64,000 bases of DNA. It comes from Paraspadella gotoi (lineage: Eukaryota > Animalia > Chaetognatha). The notes under the pieces were generated by a model. That model did no database searches and was not told the DNA's origin. It saw only the letters and a program-made list of their open reading frames with translations. Position numbers and translations under genes: made by a program. Location of the stretch: positions 19,020,625-19,084,624 of the forward strand of contig CM119263.1 of the NCBI GenBank assembly GCA_051294375.1. The letters run 5' to 3'. Of the stretch, positions 60,049-64,000 are shown in pieces (position 1 is the stretch's first letter; every line of letters begins with the position of its first letter).

Positions 60049-61043
60049 CTCTCTCCTTCCCCTCAGCAAACCTGACGGCCTCCGTTCCCATCTTTGCTCG
60101 CAGCCATCTCGCCTGTAGCACGGATCCCAGTGAGAGACCTGACGGCGTCGTCTCCACGGGACTCGGGCCGACTTTGCGAATGTCCAGTGGCGACTTGCCC
60201 GTTGTGCAGCCCGCCTTGTTTTTTCCGGGATTCGAGATATAAACGGGATGTTATTTTAGTTGTATAAATGTATGTAAATATATTTATAATTGCCGACGTC
60301 AGTTCACGATGAACCACTGGTTTCCTTCGTGTTGTATTCCAAGTTTTGAATGAAGGTGGGCGCCTTGACGACTATTCGGGAGATGGGTTTGTCCACGTGC
60401 CAAACGTAAGACTCTGTCGCAAAAAGAAAGAGAGAGAGGAGAGAGAGAGCAAAGAAGAGAGAGGGTGAGTGAGACAGAGAGCAAAATAAGGAAAGGGAGT
60501 CGTCGGTCTCAGAATAATCCAGTGAGCAACGACCTCGAGATTATTAATTAAGAGGCTATACCGTTTTTTTTTATTTAAAGGGCGAAACTCGGGGGGGGGA
60601 ATGTCGGCGGCGAGTGTTTTGTCCGACAGAGCCGGGAGCGACTAGAAAACTGTGTCACCAGAACAAAAAAAAAGGGTCTATTTTTTCTCTAACATCAAAC
60701 GACTCCAAAATTCATTCCAACGTAAGAACAAAATGCAAAAGGTCTGAATAGGTAATAGTGTAATAGATAATAGGTAACAAGGACAGAATTTTCGCAGATT
60801 TTTGAACACCTAATTTTCTCAGAATCCCAACTTCCAAGACGCTACCTCTAAATGTCACTCGGCGCGCCCCCCTTCGGTCCCCCCCCCGGGAGCCAATGAC
60901 ACCTTCTACCATCGACCCTCTCTCCATCAACCGAGGTTCCACCTTGGAGGCCGTTTCGGCGCTTTTGGAATTCCGGTGCTAAGAGTAGGCGACGGGAAAC
61001 GCCTCGGGAGTTTTGCTCCGGCCGACCAGCATATGAGACAAAC
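55140..61043 (-). CDS. DNAI2: DNAI2-like 3' exons (WD40 repeats and C-terminal coiled coil) in an inverted, indel-rich block: approx. 61043-60943, 60413-60308, 60214-60072, 58984-58879, 58159-58056, 57980-57856, 57183-57075, 55647-~55525, 55288-~55140
   Basis: Minus-strand segments give, allowing small frameshifts: ..WS..VAYS..EFQ; SYVWHVDKP..LEYNTKE; GGLHNGQVA.WDIRK..VLQARWL.SK.GTEAV; STDGSIK.WDFRNP; GVISLE..TEQGNI; FHGHFGPLYSLERHP..FLTVGDWCARVFSEE; DGAWSPTRSAVF..LRVYDY; EQPLFVVRPHDHGRHIIVG; NERKQFADMLQREK. The order matches DNAI2 (KLAVAYS, SYIWD, GGCYNGQ, WLQSKTGTE, STDGQ.WWD, GTEQG, GHHGPIY..FLTVGDW, AWSP.R, NEK..MFERE). I could not locate one small expected exon between 57856 and 57183. 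Confidence 0.85.
56101..56114 (+). promoter_or_regulatory. Candidate RFX X-box
   Basis: GTAACT AT GACAAC fits the X-box consensus GTHNYY-AT-RRNAAC and lies in an intron of a ciliary gene. Confidence 0.3.
59725..60108 (-). repeat. Five tandem ~45-bp copies of a dynein exon 3' end separated by (GA)n
   Basis: Unit on +: ccctca(a/g)cac(c)tgacggcctccgt(t/c)ccactttgctcggcagccatc at ~59725, 59786, 59870, 59964 and 60058. Confidence 0.9.
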
Positions 61044-61883
61044 CTTGTAAGAGAATGAGAGAGAGAGAGAGAGAAGAGAGAAGAGAGAAGTGAGAGAGAG
61101 CGAAGAGAGAGAGAGAGAAGAGAGAGAGGAGAAGAGAGAGAGAGAGAAGAGAGAGAGCATGAGAGAGAGAAGAGAGAGATGAGAGTGGAGAAGCCGAGAG
61201 AGAGAGACGAAGAGAGGAGAGCGAGAATCATGCAGAGAATACCATCTAAAAAAAAAACGCGCGCAGACGAAATTTCTCCGTCCCCCGCCTTTGCTGCAGC
61301 AGGCCAAACGCTTCGACATTGGCCGCCCTCCGTAGATCTCGCCGCCTCTACACTTTCCATAAGCACTTTGTGGCGGGCGGCTGCGGCGCGCGGTAGCGGT
61401 GACGGTGACTGAAAGCAGCGGCGCCGTCGGAAAAGCGGAGAGCCGTAATCTCGTTACGAGGGGGCTCGCCTTTTGCAACCCTCCCCGCAGTCACTCCGGC
61501 CACAAGGCTCCGATCAATTTACTCACAACTCTCCAACGATACATTCTGGCCCCTTCTCACCGACGCCGTCGCGCGCCACTCCCCCTTCATCGACCTTCAA
61601 CGCCGACACGATGATGATCACCTCACTCAGCCTCCGCGTGTCACGCGGAAGACAGAGAACGAAAAAAGAAAAAAAAAAAGATACCTCTACAGTGTTTTTC
61701 ACCGCAGGGACAATTGGTCCCTGAGCTTGCGCCTCTCTCTCTCAGCTCAGCCTTCGTTCCGCTCAGGCTCTCTCTCCTCTCTCCTCTCTCTCTCTCGTCT
61801 CTCTCTTCTCTCTCTCTCCTCTCTCTCTCTGCCTCATCTGCTCTCTCCTCTCTCGCTCTCTCATCTCTCTTCCCTCTCCCAAC

Positions 61884-62690
61884 CTTCGCGTCGGGGTGAC
61901 TGGTCCAAATAGCGTTCATGATCTTGATTGCCGCGCGGCTCGTTCTCCCGCATACTGAAACTCTGCACGGTCTTTCGTGAGTACAGTGATAAATGTCGAC
62001 GCGCATTCGCTTGATCATAAACAGCCGCTCATTGTTCTGGCGAACGAACAATAATTGAATGAGCGGCGGGGAACAAAATACGGAAGCGAAATCGCGGGAG
62101 TAAAATCCCGCGTCGGGGGCCTGAGTCGCTGCCGCTTGGATTTTCGAAACTTTTTAATGATTCGATTGGAAGCGAAAACTGGTTTTCCTTCGTTTCGCAC
62201 CTCCCACATCATCCCAACCACCATCGCTCTTCCCCCATCATCCAACCAACCATCCTCTTCCCCCATGCATCCAAAACCACCGACCCCCTCCCCCATCAAT
62301 CCCAACATCCATCCTTCCACTATCCCCACTCCTCTTCCCGCACTCCCCCATGTCAAGCACGGTGTTGCGTAGGCTGGTGTGTCTTCTCTATCTTCGCTTC
62401 CGGGTAGAGGGCCTTCTTCTCTTCATCTCGGGTGTCGAGAGCTTCTTCGGCCAACCGCCTTCCGTGTGAAAGCATCCAAGTCGTCTTCATACTGAAACAA
62501 TGAAGATATTAGTGAGTCAAGACGAGTATGAGGTATGTTCAGCGCGCTGCGCGTGATGTACGCCGTCCGCGCGCGCATTGTCGTTTAAAACCTGCGTGAA
62601 CGGAGTGTTTGATTCTCGCCTCAGCCTCCGACTGGGTCGGGATGTTCGACGTCTCCGCTTCGCTCCTCCACGAGACTCCGCGAGTTTTCT
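61884..62690 (-). pseudogene. Error-rich reverse-complement duplicate of DNAI2-like exons 3-5 (probable assembly duplicate, not a true pseudogene)
   Basis: Reverse complement of 53942-54727 including the introns, with many 1-2 bp indels breaking the frame. Confidence 0.75.
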
Positions 62691-64000
62691 CTGTCGGGGA
62701 GGAAGCACAGGACTGTAGATCACGCGACGACGACAATAACGACGACGAGGAGTTGGAAAAGGCGCTCAATTAAGCGAACTCAGAACACGCGGTGCTTATA
62801 ATTAAAACAGAGCACGACGTGGACACGAAACTAAGTCGATTACGAGCTAGAAAAAGAGCACCCCCCGAAGAAAATATTTTACAGACGATTTCGTGACTGA
62901 ACCGGCGACAACTGGACGATTGACAACGAATCGACCTTGACGATAACTGAGAATTCAAAATTACGGAACATCCAAATGGATCGGGAATTGCATGAAGGTG
63001 AAGACTCAGGGTCGCCACTGCACAATGTACGACGACACCGACGATTTGAAACGACGACAGAAACGACGTCCAAAAGGACGACAGTCCGCCGACGATATAA
63101 ATTTCGATCAGGACCTTTTTTTGGGGGGAAAGGACTAAGTCATTAACTGCAAGATAATCGCGCGCCGCTCGGCTCAGGAGTAATCGCTTTCTCTCGCAAA
63201 GAAATCGGAGCGAAGATCCGATGAGAAGGAAATCGCTTTTTTTTGGGCGACGGGATGCCGCCGCCGATGCCGCGGCGCCGGCAGCCGACGCGCCGCACTC
63301 CGCCGACCAGCCGACGCCGCGACGCCTAAAAGACTCTTTCATTAAGGCCGCTGACGATAAAGTGCTTCTCTTAACTCGAGTTGTTCAGTAGTGATGTTTG
63401 TTAGTCATAGCACAGAAAAAAAATTCGTTTACAGTTAAACTGACTGCTAGGACATGTATGTACACTTGTATTAATAGTAACTGCATATAATGTTAATCCG
63501 ACAAGCATGTTTAATAAGATCATTTACGCGTCTCCCAACGCATTACCAGCGGGGTAACAAAAAACAAAAAAAAACCGCGCGTCACACGAACGCGTCAAGA
63601 ATCAAAAGGAGAAATTCTAAAAAGCGATCGCGTTTAACGAAAACTGGGAATAATGGAAAGTCCCACAAGCGCAAACGCTGAATTCCCGGGGCGAAGAACT
63701 TGATTGGGATTCGAGTCTTTTTTCTCGCTCTCTCTCTCTCTCTCTTCTCTCTCTCCCCCACCCCTCTCCTCTCCCTCTCTTCTCTTCTCTTTCTCCTCTC
63801 TCTCTCTCCTCNNNNNNNNNNNNNNNNNNNNNNNNNTTTTTTTTTCTTTCGTTTCTGTTTCCGCGTGACACGCGGAGGTGAGTGAGGTGATCATCATCGG
63901 TGGGCGTGAAGGGTGTGAAGGGGAGTGGCGGCGACGGCGTCGGTGAGGAAGGGGGCAGATGTGTTGGAGGTTGTGAGTAGATTGATCGGAGCCTTCGTGG

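Noticed and set aside
59725-60108. Repeat-spacer array resembling CRISPR
   Set aside because: The spacers are only (CT)n and the repeat is a dynein exon fragment.
55140-61043. DNAI2 3' exons as a true pseudogene because of frameshifts
   Set aside because: The same block's copy of exons 3-5 shows the same dense indels relative to the clean + copy, which points to unpolished read errors.

Overview
Eukaryotic, most likely invertebrate-animal, genomic scaffold. It is AT-rich, has GT-AG introns, is saturated with (CT)n/(GA)n microsatellites and contains ten N-gaps. Two genes are recognisable. (1) A divergent axonemal dynein intermediate chain (DNAI2/IC2-like). Its first five coding exons read cleanly on + (48157-54727), while the remaining WD40 and C-terminal exons lie on - (about 61043 down to 55140) inside a reverse-complemented, indel-rich block. 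(2) A CUB-domain gene fragment (17668-18325 +), mirrored at 23102-23752 -. The window is dominated by large duplications: a ~26 kb palindrome (6708-20666 vs 20857-32818), a ~2.9 kb palindrome (40.0-42.95 kb), an inverted block (52.9-54.8 kb vs 61.7-63.7 kb) and a direct duplication (1-828 vs 5424-6199). Each abuts a gap of exactly 25 N and the copies differ mainly by small indels, so most are probably long-read gap-filling artefacts. Likely real biology: a ~980 bp TIR element with an ~8-bp TSD present in only one palindrome arm, a related element at 13.5-14.1 kb, five tandem copies of a dynein exon end, a 69-bp minisatellite and an intronic hairpin. I found no convincing novel multi-gene system. 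Protein homologies are from my recall of family motifs, not from database searches.
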